Assembly: GCA_015523565.1 (NCBI GenBank)
Contig: WAKA01000095.1
Coordinates: forward strand, 1-64,000
Reading direction: 5' to 3'
Source: Candidatus Heimdallarchaeota archaeon
GTDB lineage: Archaea > Asgardarchaeota > Heimdallarchaeia > Heimdallarchaeales > Kariarchaeaceae
Length of the DNA: 64,000 nt
The notes under the pieces were generated by a model that was not told the origin of the DNA, did no database searches, and saw nothing but the letters and a program-made list of their open reading frames with translations. Positions 1-10,354 of this stretch are shown piece by piece. The translations under genes were made by a program, and so were the position numbers. Within the stretch, counting starts at the first letter, position 1; each line of letters opens with the position of its first letter.

Positions 1-59
1 GTTATTTAATGGAACTTTATTTCAAAAATTACATAAAGGATAAATCTAAATTAAAAAGT

Positions 60-650
60 ATGAGTGTTGCCGTTGCCAACTACATGGCAAAAATTGTTCT
101 TTTAGGCGATGGGGCTGTTGGAAAAACTAGTCTTCGTCGCCGTTATTTGGGGAAAGGGTTTAATACATCTCATTTAATGACAATTGGTGCAGATTTTGCA
201 ACTACGAATATTAATGTAAATGGAGACGTCTTGAATGCACAAATCTGGGATATTGCTGGTCAGCAGAATTTTAAAATGATACGACAGCGGTTTCTTCTTG
301 GGGCACATGGGGCAATGATTGTATTTGACGTGACAAGAAGATCCACATTTGAAAATTTGGGTAATTGGCTAAATGAGCTGTGGGTTACCAATAGGTCAAC
401 AGATATTCCACTCCTATTCATTGGAAATAAAACTGACTTGATTAACCAAAGAAAAGTTACTGAACAAGAAGCATTAAATTTTGTTGAGGATCTCAAAAAG
501 CATCCAAGACTAAAACAAGTTTCTATGTCGTATATAGAGACATCAGCTAAATTAGGGGAAAATGTTAAGGAAGCATTTCATGAACTGGGCAAACATATTA
601 TCATGAACTTCAAGCGTGCTCGCATAAAAAAAGGTAATCTGAGACAGTAA
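60..650 (+). CDS. Rab-like small GTPase (Asgard type)
   Basis: G1 GDGAVGKT, switch I TIGADF, G3 WDIAGQ, G4 NKTD, G5 ETSAK; no C-terminal Cys. The ORF is open from 9, but ATG at 60 is the more likely start. Confidence 0.9.
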   Translation: MSVAVANYMAKIVLLGDGAVGKTSLRRRYLGKGFNTSHLMTIGADFATTNINVNGDVLNAQIWDIAGQQNFKMIRQRFLLGAHGAMIVFDVTRRSTFENLGNWLNELWVTNRSTDIPLLFIGNKTDLINQRKVTEQEALNFVEDLKKHPRLKQVSMSYIETSAKLGENVKEAFHELGKHIIMNFKRARIKKGNLRQ

Positions 651-707
651 ATTGATAGATATTGTTTAGGTAGACTTAAAAGTTCAAAAACAGCCATTTC
701 ATTGTAA

Positions 708-3700
708 ATGAGCCGCACTTTGTTCATTGCAGTCATGTTGATTTCTCTGATGTTGTATCTGCCAAATTCATCAACCTCAACATCATTAGAGCCCACTCAA
801 ATTCCTGTTTTAAAAAAACCAAGTCTCATGCAAACAAGCATATCAAATGCATCCCTCTCTGAGACTGGTCGAATGCTCGTCCTGACTAAAAGTTCAATTC
901 GATATTCATGGGACTATCTTCCTCCATTTAAACTCGGTCAAAAATATCTGCATTTCGTAAATGGAACTGGTCGTCCTGTCATGGACACGTTTCTCTTTGA
1001 CGATCCAAATACCCAATTCATTCCTGATCAAACAATATTTTCAATGACAGCAAGGAAACCTGATCCTTCTCCAAAAATAAATGGATTCATTGCGAAGGAC
1101 ATTATGGGAATGCAGAAAGTTTGGGATGAGTATAATATAACAGGTAATGGCGTTACTTTGGGTGTAACTGATTCTGGAGTCGATTTTGGTGTTGGTGATT
1201 TGGTTGATTCACCAAAACTTCTTTCTTCTGGAATTACTGCCTCATTTGACGCAACTGGATATGGGATTTCACCTACTACCCTAACTTTACAGGCTGAAAT
1301 TATTTCAGGAACAACCGTTTTACCACTGGAAGGACAGAATTTGACAATTAACATGGGTGAGGAAGGAGGTATCGGCCTCAGTTCATCCATTGGCATCTCG
1401 CTTGAAAATTTAGACATTTCGTTAATCGCTAACCGTTCTAAATCTGGAAACTATAAGGTTGGTATGATGTATGAACCTGGAGAAATCAGACAGGTGTTCC
1501 TATATGTTCTGGTTGATAGCAATACAGCAGGAATATATGACGAACTCTGGGTTGACATGAGTACAAGCCTAGGGCTTAGTCTTGCAATGAACGGAATAAT
1601 TTTTGAAGTAGGTCGCCTTTATCGGCAACTTGTCGACTGGTCATTGTCTGATGAAATCCCGTATGGATCATTTAATCCAATAATTGCCCGAGATATTGAT
1701 GGAGACGGCGTGAATGATGTATCCATGGGTGCATTGGCTTCTGTACTTGATTTGCAAGCATTGGTGAATGGTGGAATTGTTCGTGGTATAGATCCACAGG
1801 GAAGGGGAATTGGTGTCATTTATGATGCCGTAGGTCATGGGACTCAAGTTAGCAGTGCTGCTGTTGGTAGGGGGAAAGTACCTATTCAAATATACGACAA
1901 TTTTACCAGTGCTGACGAAATTGAAAACAAGACTGTGTATTATTTACCTGGGTCTGCTCCAAATGCCAATCTTATTGTAACAAAAGGTTTGCAAATCACT
2001 GATTTCTTATTAGGGTGGTTTTGGAGTGCAGGTCTGGAGCCTGTCCTTACTGGAAACGGGGGTTGGATTGTCAATGAGGAGCATAGGGTTGACATATCTT
2101 CTAATTCATGGGGTGATGGTTCAATTGGAACTGTATTGAAAGGGGTAGATACACTTTCATTCTTGGTTGATGCCTTGAGCACTCCAAACATTTTTTCAAA
2201 AATTGACTTTGGAGTAACGTATCCCGATTATCCCGGCATCATTTTTTTCATTGCTTCTGGTAATGGCGGTCCTGGCTTTGGAACTGTTACAGTGCCTGGC
2301 GCATCAGCATCCGCAATTACAGTTGGAGCTTCAACAAGTTTTCATCCACAAAAAAATCCTGGAAGAAATGATGTTGCCTTGTTCAGTGGGAGTGGACCCA
2401 CTCCTACAGGACTGGTGAAACCTGATTTGGTTGCTCTTGGATCTTTCGGCTTTACAATGAAGGTTCTAATTACAGGTGCTGGAAATGGAACAAAAGCGGC
2501 TGGTGAATTTGGTGGAACTAGTGAAGCGACCCCTCGAGCCGCAGGTGTAGGGGCGCTGATAATTGAAGCTCTTAGGAAACAGGGTATAACCCCCACATTA
2601 AATGAATTAAAAACAAGACTCAAATCAACAGCCAAAGATCTTTCATTTCCAACTTTAATACAAGGGTCTGGACTTGTCAATGCCTATGATGCTGTTTCTT
2701 CTGTATTTAACACTGATTATGTTTTACTTAAGGATACTGAATCATCCACTTTAATTGGAAATGAGCTGAACAAGGAATTTTCATCTCTTTTTGGAACCGA
2801 TCATCCATTCTTGAGTGGGACATTTTTTGATAGCTCCATTTATGGTTTTTCATCTAATTATTCCGCGGGAAGAAAAGTTTCTTTGGTATTCTCAAATGGA
2901 AGTGCTGCTCCCCTTAATCGAATGAATATTGTCCAATTTGTTCAAACTGAGGAAAGAACGACTCAATTTACAACATCATTGTCATCAAACGGTATTTATA
3001 AACTTGACAAGCTTTCTTCGCTTGTGGACGGTGATTTTCTACTCATATCGATTGGATTGACTGAAGCTTCCTACGAAAAACTTTCTGAAACTGGATTAAC
3101 AATGCCGAATATGCAGTTGATTGATTTTTCTAGCGGTAGAATCGTCGACGAGTCATTTTCAACTGCATATTCCCAAATATTATATTCTGGCAATCCTGCC
3201 GATGATTTTCCATCAACCCCTGCAATAAAAATAGAGGATCCAGGGTTCCTTGCAGGCGTTCCTTTTTGGGAAGGTCTCACTTTTGAAATACATGCATTTC
3301 AATTTGATCGCGTTATCAAGAACTTTGAATTGTCAAAAACAAATAATGATCTAGTGAATATCAAATCTGAAAATCTATCAGACACATTTCAGATTTTTTC
3401 TGTCGAGCTTAAACAACCAAATGGTACAACATATCTCCCTTTGGTGGTTCTTGATGTAAATGAAGTCAAATATGGCTCTGCTGTTGATCCAATTGGTGAC
3501 GAATTACGTGTAAAAACATATTACTCGGAGAACTTTTCATATGGTGCATTTAATTGGTATGGGAACACTGCCCGCCCAGAAGCAGGTGATTACCGTTTCT
3601 ATAAGCTAAAAGTTCCAAACAACGCTACTTATCTCGCAATACGACTGAATTGGACTCGAAAAGGGATGTTGCCCAATCTTTACCTTTATGATTCAAATGG

Positions 3701-4943
3701 TATCCTAGTAACCAACTCAGCCACTGAATATGTAGGTGGGGGCTTTTACAGAAGTTCCACCTCAGAACCTAATGCGCAAAATCTGTTTATCCCTGTGAAT
3801 GACACAGAATACACCTTATTGGCACATTTTATTCGAACACCTTATGGTGCAGGACCATACCAATTTGATTTGACAGTTAGATACTTAAAACTGAAAGCAA
3901 TACCGAAGCCAGTGGAAACATTTTCTCAAGATTTGACAAAGAACATTTCTGGAACTCTTAATATCAACAGCAATAATTATTCCGTTGCTGAATTCCCAGA
4001 ACTGAAGTTGACAAAAACGTCTGTCCAAATCTTCAAGGGCAATAATGGTACAATTAATGGATCAATTCCCTCATCACTTGTGTCCAATAAATCATTTACT
4101 CCAGAATATTTCTTCCCAATAGAGTTTGAAGCTGGTGACAAAGGAAAAATTGAACTAATATGGTACAATCAATCTTATGACCTCGATATTTATCTGTTTC
4201 CTGCGGATAATACAAAACAAAATGCAGACCTATTAATGAGACAGGGTACCAAACCTGGACCTTTCAATGAAAGTGCATTGTTTGCTATTAACAGAACCTT
4301 GACTTATTTTGTCATGGTGGATTTTGTGGCTGGTGATCCCCCTGCAAACAGTGTAAATTTCATAATCAAGTATGAAACAAGAAACGGTCCGATTTTTTCG
4401 AATGACGGTGCCGAGATTGATATTGATACAACTATTTTTGCCAATGGTCATTATGGCCTAAAAGTATTTTATCAAACTAATTTCCCAATAACATTTGAGA
4501 ATTTCTATGAGACCACACTGTTGAATCATTTCAATTTTTCATCATCTCTGATATCTCCAGATAACTCTGCTGTATTGTCTGGTTTTGCAAATATTTCATG
4601 GACATCTGATGTTCCAACTACTGCTTTGTTTTATCTTGAAAACGACACCCTTTCCATTTTCTTGGGATCCTCAAGTACGCAATCTTTTGCTTTTGATACC
4701 ACCTTGTATGAAAATGGCAACTATAGGCTGAAAATCATTATCACTGATGGCGTATTTAGCCATATCTATTATAGAGACATAAATATTCAAAATGAGCAGT
4801 TTTCATCGCTCCCCCCATTAACTACATTAGCATCCACTAGCCCGATTCCAGTTAACTCATTTTCAATGATTATTGGCTTGGCTATTATTGTTGTCTTTCG
4901 GTTTTTTGTGAAGTTTCAAGGTAAGAAAATCAACAAATATTAA
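708..4943 (+). CDS. Secreted, membrane-anchored S8 (subtilisin-like) serine peptidase
   Basis: Signal peptide; catalytic motifs VTDSGVD, GHGTQV, oxyanion ASGN, GGTSEATP; C-terminal beta-rich domains; terminal TM helix with basic tail. Confidence 0.88.
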   Translation: MSRTLFIAVMLISLMLYLPNSSTSTSLEPTQIPVLKKPSLMQTSISNASLSETGRMLVLTKSSIRYSWDYLPPFKLGQKYLHFVNGTGRPVMDTFLFDDPNTQFIPDQTIFSMTARKPDPSPKINGFIAKDIMGMQKVWDEYNITGNGVTLGVTDSGVDFGVGDLVDSPKLLSSGITASFDATGYGISPTTLTLQAEIISGTTVLPLEGQNLTINMGEEGGIGLSSSIGISLENLDISLIANRSKSGNYKVGMMYEPGEIRQVFLYVLVDSNTAGIYDELWVDMSTSLGLSLAMNGIIFEVGRLYRQLVDWSLSDEIPYGSFNPIIARDIDGDGVNDVSMGALASVLDLQALVNGGIVRGIDPQGRGIGVIYDAVGHGTQVSSAAVGRGKVPIQIYDNFTSADEIENKTVYYLPGSAPNANLIVTKGLQITDFLLGWFWSAGLEPVLTGNGGWIVNEEHRVDISSNSWGDGSIGTVLKGVDTLSFLVDALSTPNIFSKIDFGVTYPDYPGIIFFIASGNGGPGFGTVTVPGASASAITVGASTSFHPQKNPGRNDVALFSGSGPTPTGLVKPDLVALGSFGFTMKVLITGAGNGTKAAGEFGGTSEATPRAAGVGALIIEALRKQGITPTLNELKTRLKSTAKDLSFPTLIQGSGLVNAYDAVSSVFNTDYVLLKDTESSTLIGNELNKEFSSLFGTDHPFLSGTFFDSSIYGFSSNYSAGRKVSLVFSNGSAAPLNRMNIVQFVQTEERTTQFTTSLSSNGIYKLDKLSSLVDGDFLLISIGLTEASYEKLSETGLTMPNMQLIDFSSGRIVDESFSTAYSQILYSGNPADDFPSTPAIKIEDPGFLAGVPFWEGLTFEIHAFQFDRVIKNFELSKTNNDLVNIKSENLSDTFQIFSVELKQPNGTTYLPLVVLDVNEVKYGSAVDPIGDELRVKTYYSENFSYGAFNWYGNTARPEAGDYRFYKLKVPNNATYLAIRLNWTRKGMLPNLYLYDSNGILVTNSATEYVGGGFYRSSTSEPNAQNLFIPVNDTEYTLLAHFIRTPYGAGPYQFDLTVRYLKLKAIPKPVETFSQDLTKNISGTLNINSNNYSVAEFPELKLTKTSVQIFKGNNGTINGSIPSSLVSNKSFTPEYFFPIEFEAGDKGKIELIWYNQSYDLDIYLFPADNTKQNADLLMRQGTKPGPFNESALFAINRTLTYFVMVDFVAGDPPANSVNFIIKYETRNGPIFSNDGAEIDIDTTIFANGHYGLKVFYQTNFPITFENFYETTLLNHFNFSSSLISPDNSAVLSGFANISWTSDVPTTALFYLENDTLSIFLGSSSTQSFAFDTTLYENGNYRLKIIITDGVFSHIYYRDINIQNEQFSSLPPLTTLASTSPIPVNSFSMIIGLAIIVVFRFFVKFQGKKINKY

Positions 4944-4970
4944 TTAATGCAATTCTAATACGAAATAGAA

Positions 4971-5399
4971 GTGTTAAATGAAATTCAACGTGGTCTCATG
5001 AGTGTATTGCAGGACGAGACCCGTTGCAAAATCCTGCAGGAATTATCAGAACGTCCAAGTCCTCCTGATAGACTTGTAGAGGTCACTGGTGTTTCACGCA
5101 CTGCTGTAGAGAAGCACTTGAAACTCCTTTTATTTCATAATCTCATTGAAAGAAGAGCACAAAGCTTTCCCCGGCTTCGATATATCTATTCGATAACATA
5201 TGAAGGTGAAATCTTTCTTTCAGGCATTTCAAATGTAGCTGACATATTCATAGAGTCAACATTGGCAAAATGGGAAGAAGAGCTTACACAGATTGAACAA
5301 GGATATGTTTATGGGGTAATCCAAAAAGAAGAGTATGAAAAAGCGAAAAAGGATTACCAGAAAAAAATCAGTTCATTTACGAAGGGTTTGGGAAAATGA
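4971..5399 (+). CDS. ArsR-like winged-helix transcription regulator with SHOCT-like C-terminal helix
   Basis: DETRCKILQEL...GVSRTAVEKHLKLL...YSITYEG wHTH pattern; C-terminal GVIQKEEYEKAKK. Confidence 0.75.
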   Translation: MLNEIQRGLMSVLQDETRCKILQELSERPSPPDRLVEVTGVSRTAVEKHLKLLLFHNLIERRAQSFPRLRYIYSITYEGEIFLSGISNVADIFIESTLAKWEEELTQIEQGYVYGVIQKEEYEKAKKDYQKKISSFTKGLGK

Positions 5400-6217
5400 A
5401 TGGTGATCTGATAAAACAGTGGGTTGACATTTGGCTTCCTTCCATAAGGAAAACCCTCAATCTATCTTCTGACGATCTTCTCTTTTTAAGGAAATACCAG
5501 AAATTGGGTATGTCTAACCCATTAAATCAAACCGAGCTTTTCAATAGAAACAACTTAGTTCTTTCACAATTTCCACAATCTCATGCAATAGTGTTTGGAG
5601 CGGCAAAAAATTTGGAAAAACACATAATTTCATTAAAAGATGTTCTTGCAGAGGTTTCAATTTCGCCTCTAATTGTTGCCGCAGATGGTGCCAGCTTTGA
5701 ACTTCTCAGACAGAATATTGTACCACATGTGGTTTTTACAGATTTAGATGGGGGTATTGACCTAATTTTGAAATTGATGGGTTATTCCGTATGGCTTTTT
5801 GTTCTTCTCCATCCAGATAATCTTAAACTGATTGATTCACTCTACCATGAATTCCTATCCTACTCCAAAGTTATTTTTTGTACACAAGACCGACCGTCTT
5901 TTGGTTTTGTTAATTCATTTGGGTTTACTGATGGAGATCGTGCGGTTTCATATTTTGCATACTCTGGTTATTTGACATTACCTTTGGGTTTTGATTTATC
6001 CCATGAACCAGGATGGTCTTCTATTCGCAAAAAAGAAGTCACAGAAGAATTTTTAAATCGCAAACTGAAGAAATTGGCAATTGCAAGGGATATTATAGAT
6101 GAAGTGTCAATAACAGGTTTTGTTTATACTATTGATAAAAAACTAAATCCTGGTACTTTATTGCTAGGCAATTCATTGAAAGAAAAACTATTGGCATTTT
6201 TTCATTCCTCTGCATAA
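5396..6217 (+). CDS. mptE: 6-hydroxymethyl-7,8-dihydropterin pyrophosphokinase (MptE/DUF115 family)
   Basis: Motifs VAADGA, VFTDLDG, HPDN, GFTDGDRA and LGFD are typical of MptE. Confidence 0.8.
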   Translation: MNGDLIKQWVDIWLPSIRKTLNLSSDDLLFLRKYQKLGMSNPLNQTELFNRNNLVLSQFPQSHAIVFGAAKNLEKHIISLKDVLAEVSISPLIVAADGASFELLRQNIVPHVVFTDLDGGIDLILKLMGYSVWLFVLLHPDNLKLIDSLYHEFLSYSKVIFCTQDRPSFGFVNSFGFTDGDRAVSYFAYSGYLTLPLGFDLSHEPGWSSIRKKEVTEEFLNRKLKKLAIARDIIDEVSITGFVYTIDKKLNPGTLLLGNSLKEKLLAFFHSSA

Positions 6218-6286
6218 ATCTAGCATATTAACTTTTTAGATAGCAGAAAGTCTTAATATATGTAAATACACAACTACAAGTAAGAA

Positions 6287-6856
6287 ATGACAAAAAACTA
6301 CTTCTTGAAAATTAGTTTACTTGGAGATGGTGCAGTAGGCAAAACAAGCCTTCGCGAACGATTCATGGGACGTGGATTTAGAAAAGAACATATGATGACA
6401 ATTGGTGCTGATTTTGCCAGCTATGAAAGGATGATTGGGGATTACAAAGCTACCTTTCAGATATGGGACATGGCAGGTCAGGAAACATTTCAAAGTATTA
6501 GATCACGCTTTTTCAGGGGATCAATGGGTGCCCTTTGTGTATTTGACGTAACAAGACCTGATAGCTTCATGAACCTTAAGACATGGATCGAAGAACTCTG
6601 GCGGCATAATGGAAGGGGTGTCATCCCAATAACAATTTTGGGAAATAAGGCAGATCTACGAGACAATCATTCTGTCAGTGTTCAACAAGCTGAAGATTAT
6701 GCTCGTGCAATTTCACAGCACACCAAAAAATATGGTTTTGAAGTTGTTTACATGGACACCAGTGCCAAAGAAGGATTGAATGTTGAACGTGCATTTGATA
6801 CTTTGGGGCTGACAATCATTGAAATGCTTCAAAAAGGAAACCTGAAAATCGGATAA
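6287..6856 (+). CDS. Rab-like small GTPase, paralogue of 60-650
   Basis: GDGAVGKT, TIGADF, WDMAGQ, NKAD, DTSAK. Confidence 0.92.
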   Translation: MTKNYFLKISLLGDGAVGKTSLRERFMGRGFRKEHMMTIGADFASYERMIGDYKATFQIWDMAGQETFQSIRSRFFRGSMGALCVFDVTRPDSFMNLKTWIEELWRHNGRGVIPITILGNKADLRDNHSVSVQQAEDYARAISQHTKKYGFEVVYMDTSAKEGLNVERAFDTLGLTIIEMLQKGNLKIG

Positions 6857-6860
6857 CTTA

Positions 6861-7385
6861 TCAACACTCAAAACTTGCAGAGGATTTGGAATACTCACCA
6901 AGCATAACCCTCACTTTTTTCACATTTGGGTATTTAGAAGAAATTTCCTCTTGTAATTTTTTTGTGAAGAACTCTGACAGACATTCAACGGTGGTGTTTC
7001 TTATTGGTAAAAGGTGTACCGTATGTTTTGGAACAATGTATTCTTTTTCAATATTTTTCACATACAATTTCAAGTAATCCCCTTCAATTTCTATAATATC
7101 CAACAATGGATTCTCAGTAGGTAATAACAGGGAATTGTCAAATTCCTCTTTCCACTTCCTGACAATGGGCTTGAGATCAAGGAAATCAATTAACACGTCT
7201 GATTCATTTAGAGTTCCTTCAACTTCAATCTTGATTTGGTATGTATGTCCATGCATTGGCTCAATCAATGTTGGAGACACAACAAAATGGGCACAATTGA
7301 GAACTAGATCATCCCTATTCCAAAATAAAGTTCTTCTTTCCACATTTCTAAATTTAACATTGACTATTAATTGTTGCCAATACAA
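6861..7385 (-). CDS. 6-pyruvoyl-tetrahydropterin synthase/QueD family protein with PTPS-III-type motif
   Basis: AHF...EPMHGHTY, LIDFLDLK, NTTVECLS. The true start may be GTG at 7343. Confidence 0.85.
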   Translation of the reverse strand: MYWQQLIVNVKFRNVERRTLFWNRDDLVLNCAHFVVSPTLIEPMHGHTYQIKIEVEGTLNESDVLIDFLDLKPIVRKWKEEFDNSLLLPTENPLLDIIEIEGDYLKLYVKNIEKEYIVPKHTVHLLPIRNTTVECLSEFFTKKLQEEISSKYPNVKKVRVMLGEYSKSSASFEC

Positions 7386-7398
7386 ACCATATCTTTTT

Positions 7399-7584
7399 TT
7401 AAAACTTCTTCTCGTATTTTGTAGTCCATTTGAGTTTCCGTGGGTTCCTTTTCATTTCTGTAAGGGATACCCTGCATTTCCTACTGCAAAAATTCAAAAT
7501 GGTTCCGTCTGTTTTTACATAAAAGGAACCTGTGGTTTTTGGAATTTCTTTTCCACAAAATGAACATTTGTAGACTCTAATCAT
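7399..7584 (-). CDS. rpl24e: 50S ribosomal protein L24e
   Basis: CSFCG...FCSRKC...RNPRKLKWT. Confidence 0.97.
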   Translation of the reverse strand: MIRVYKCSFCGKEIPKTTGSFYVKTDGTILNFCSRKCRVSLTEMKRNPRKLKWTTKYEKKF

Positions 7585-7585
7585 T

Positions 7586-7828
7586 TTATCGCCTCCTCAT
7601 ATTACGGGCTTCACGTTCTGTATCCTTGAGCATCAAAATATCTCCAAGTTTAACAGGTCCCTTTATGTTCCTTGTCAGGATACGGTTTTTATCCCTTCCC
7701 TCAAGAATTCTAGTTCGGACTTGAATAACCTCTCCAATTGTTGATGCTCTACCAACGATTTGAATGACTTCCGCAGGAATTCCCTCTTCTGACTCGGACA
7801 TTCCTACAGGTTCATTATTTTCACTCAT
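7586..7828 (-). CDS. rps28e: 30S ribosomal protein S28e
   Basis: [10 protein letters not shown]...QVRTRILEG...[21 protein letters not shown]. Confidence 0.97.
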   Translation of the reverse strand: MSENNEPVGMSESEEGIPAEVIQIVGRASTIGEVIQVRTRILEGRDKNRILTRNIKGPVKLGDILMLKDTEREARNMRRR

Positions 7829-7839
7829 GTATTTGCACC

Positions 7840-8184
7840 TCAGTTAAGCTCTTTGATTCGCTCGGCTATGCTTTTGAGGACACCATCTGCCTCTCCTGCA
7901 TCAACAATTGCTGAGGATGCAGTTGGCACTTCAAGCCCTGCTGCCTTTCCCAATGCCTCTGCTGATGGAACCTCAATATAGGGCGTGTTCTTTTCTTTTG
8001 CCAAAATGGGCAAATGCCTTACGATTTCTGGAGGATTGACATCCTTGGCAATAAAGACAAGTTTGGCCTTTCCTCTCTCTACGGTCTTTGTGACCTCATT
8101 TGTACCTTTTTTGATTTTTCCAACCTCTCTTGCTCGTTCAAGCAAGGCGAGTGAGTCATTGATTAAATCTTCTGGATATTCCAT
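7840..8184 (-). CDS. rpl7ae: 50S ribosomal protein L7Ae
   Basis: [36 protein letters not shown]; LGKAAGL. Confidence 0.97.
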   Translation of the reverse strand: MEYPEDLINDSLALLERAREVGKIKKGTNEVTKTVERGKAKLVFIAKDVNPPEIVRHLPILAKEKNTPYIEVPSAEALGKAAGLEVPTASSAIVDAGEADGVLKSIAERIKELN

Positions 8185-8189
8185 ATTTA

Positions 8190-8246
8190 TATCTCCTCGG
8201 GTAATTTTATTTCCTGTGAAAGATTAATTACCTTCATCAGGTAATT
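8190..8246 (-). promoter_or_regulatory. Structured rpl7ae 5' leader (alternative pairing, possible K-turn overlapping the SD)
   Basis: mRNA reads AAUUACC-UGAUGA-A-GGUAAUU...AAUUACC-CGAGGAG. The middle arm can pair with either AAUUACC copy, and a box C-like UGAUGA is present. Confidence 0.4.
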
Positions 8247-8335
8247 TTCTTTTCTTGCCAACAATTAAAAGCAATATGATAGAAACGCGAGAATGGTATT
8301 TCAAACTGCATGATTGTTGGGAATGTTTCGTTGAC

Positions 8336-9334
8336 TTATTCACCATTCCCTATTAACAAGCCTTTTATCGAGAGAGATGTCGAAAAAATGTCATATCCTT
8401 CTTTTTCAAGTTTTCCTTTTATCACTTGGGCATTTTCCTCGTCTTTCGGCAAAATGATTACACATCCTCCCCCGCCTGCTCCAGTTAGTTTTGCACCTAA
8501 TGCACCGTTGCTTTTTGCGATCCAGCATATTTTCTCAATTGTCTCATGACTGACACCTATACTCGCCAATAACCCCTGATTGATTTCCATCAACTCCCCT
8601 AGGATGTTCTTGTCATCGAAACCATGCATCATTTCCCTGACCACCTGTCCCATTGTATCAAGGATTTTCCCAACCAAGTTCTCATGGCGTTTATATCTTT
8701 CCCTGACTGCAGATACTAATCGTTTTGTCTCTCTTGGAACTTTTGTGTTGCATATCAATATGGGAAGTTCCTGAACTTGGTCAAGCCACTGCATATTTCC
8801 TTTTTCAAAAAGCATGACTCCTCCGAAAGCCGCCGCAGTATTGTCCACCCCTGACGGCGTTCCATGCGCGATAATTTCTCCCTGAAATGCAAGTTTGGAA
8901 ATAAGTTCTTTGTCAAGCTCTTGATCAAATAAGTCCGAAATTGCCCCGATAGATGCAACCGCCACAGCGGCGCTAGAACCAAGACCTGAAGAAATCGGAA
9001 TCTCACTGTTGACTTGGATTGAAACCCCTCTTTTTGTGTCATGTATCCCCGTCTTCATTAGATATTCCAACAATTGATAAACTGCAAAAGCAATGTTGTC
9101 TGTTGCATGATTAATGGAAATCTCCTTTACATTGAATGCCTCATCATATGTGTAAATCTGTCTGATTCCTAAATCTGGAGCTATGATTTCTATCCCTTCA
9201 TCAGGAAGTAAGGTCGCATGAACCTTTGCCCTAAGGTTAATTGCTGCAACAAGTGCTGGAAAGCCGTAAACAACACTATGTTCCCCACCCAAAATAACTT
9301 TTCCAGGTGCTGACGCAATTCCAATCTCTTTCAT
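8336..9334 (-). CDS. mvk: Mevalonate kinase
   Basis: SAPGKVILGGEHSVVYG, PISSGLGSSAA, HGTPSGVD, KLTGAGGGG. Start placed at MKEIG (9334); the ORF track extends to 9448. Confidence 0.93.
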   Translation of the reverse strand: MKEIGIASAPGKVILGGEHSVVYGFPALVAAINLRAKVHATLLPDEGIEIIAPDLGIRQIYTYDEAFNVKEISINHATDNIAFAVYQLLEYLMKTGIHDTKRGVSIQVNSEIPISSGLGSSAAVAVASIGAISDLFDQELDKELISKLAFQGEIIAHGTPSGVDNTAAAFGGVMLFEKGNMQWLDQVQELPILICNTKVPRETKRLVSAVRERYKRHENLVGKILDTMGQVVREMMHGFDDKNILGELMEINQGLLASIGVSHETIEKICWIAKSNGALGAKLTGAGGGGCVIILPKDEENAQVIKGKLEKEGYDIFSTSLSIKGLLIGNGE

Positions 9335-9462
9335 TAAATGAAACATAAACGATTTTCTTATTAAGTTATAGGAGATTACTGTAACAATTTCTTTTTTTAT
9401 TGCTTTTTTCTTCTTGAACAGGTACGTAAAAATATTAAGACAATACAATCTGCATTGATGCG

Positions 9463-10278
9463 ATGGGAAAAAAAATTGTCATTGTCAAACTTGGTGGGTC
9501 TGTAATAACCCAAAAGGATAAGGAATCGATTCCTAACTTGGAAACAATACAACGTGGGTTTCAAGAACTTGCAAACGCTGATGTCCACCCCATTGTTGTT
9601 CATGGGGCTGGATCATATGGTCATCCCATGGCAAAAAAATATGACCTTGTCTCTGGATTTACTCCTCAAAATCGAGAAAAAGCAATATGGGCTGTATCAC
9701 AGACACGTCTCAACATGATTAGCTTGCATCATTTGATTATCAAAGAGGCTCTTGCAAAAGGTTTCTTTCCTTTCTCCTTCCCTGTTTCTTCTAATACGCT
9801 TGAAATAACTGAAAATTCATTCTCTTTTTTTTCAGACCCACTTACCGTGGCATTGAAACAGGGCTTTAACCCTTTTTTCTATGGTGATGTTGTTCTTAGC
9901 AAGTTTCGCGGCTTCACCATTCTTTCTGGAGATAAAATTATTGAAATGATACTTAAGACATTAAATGGAGGAAATTATTTCCCTGAAGAGGTCATTTTTT
10001 GTTCTGATGTTGATGGGTTCTTTTCTGATGATCCAAAACTTAATCCTGATGCTGAAATGTTTCCAATGGTAAAAAAATCAGACATTCCTAACTTAATTGC
10101 ACATGCAAAAGAAAGCAATAATCCAGATGTGACAAAAGGAATGCTTGGAAAAATTGAATCCATAGAAAAGATACTTTCCTATGGTGCAAAAGTCAAGATT
10201 GTTAATCTCAATGTCGCAAAACGCTTGGAAAATGCATTTGACGAAGAAAAAATCTATGGGACAACATTTATGCCTTGA
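9463..10278 (+). CDS. ipk: Isopentenyl phosphate kinase
   Basis: KLGGSVIT.K, VHGAGSYGH, GDVV, SGD, DVTKGMLGK; adjacent to mvk. Confidence 0.9.
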   Translation: MGKKIVIVKLGGSVITQKDKESIPNLETIQRGFQELANADVHPIVVHGAGSYGHPMAKKYDLVSGFTPQNREKAIWAVSQTRLNMISLHHLIIKEALAKGFFPFSFPVSSNTLEITENSFSFFSDPLTVALKQGFNPFFYGDVVLSKFRGFTILSGDKIIEMILKTLNGGNYFPEEVIFCSDVDGFFSDDPKLNPDAEMFPMVKKSDIPNLIAHAKESNNPDVTKGMLGKIESIEKILSYGAKVKIVNLNVAKRLENAFDEEKIYGTTFMP

Positions 10279-10354
10279 TTTGAAAATATAGTAATACTGA
10301 ATGACAAGAACTAAACCCATTAAAAGCAGTACAACTGATGTAGTGTGAGAACAA

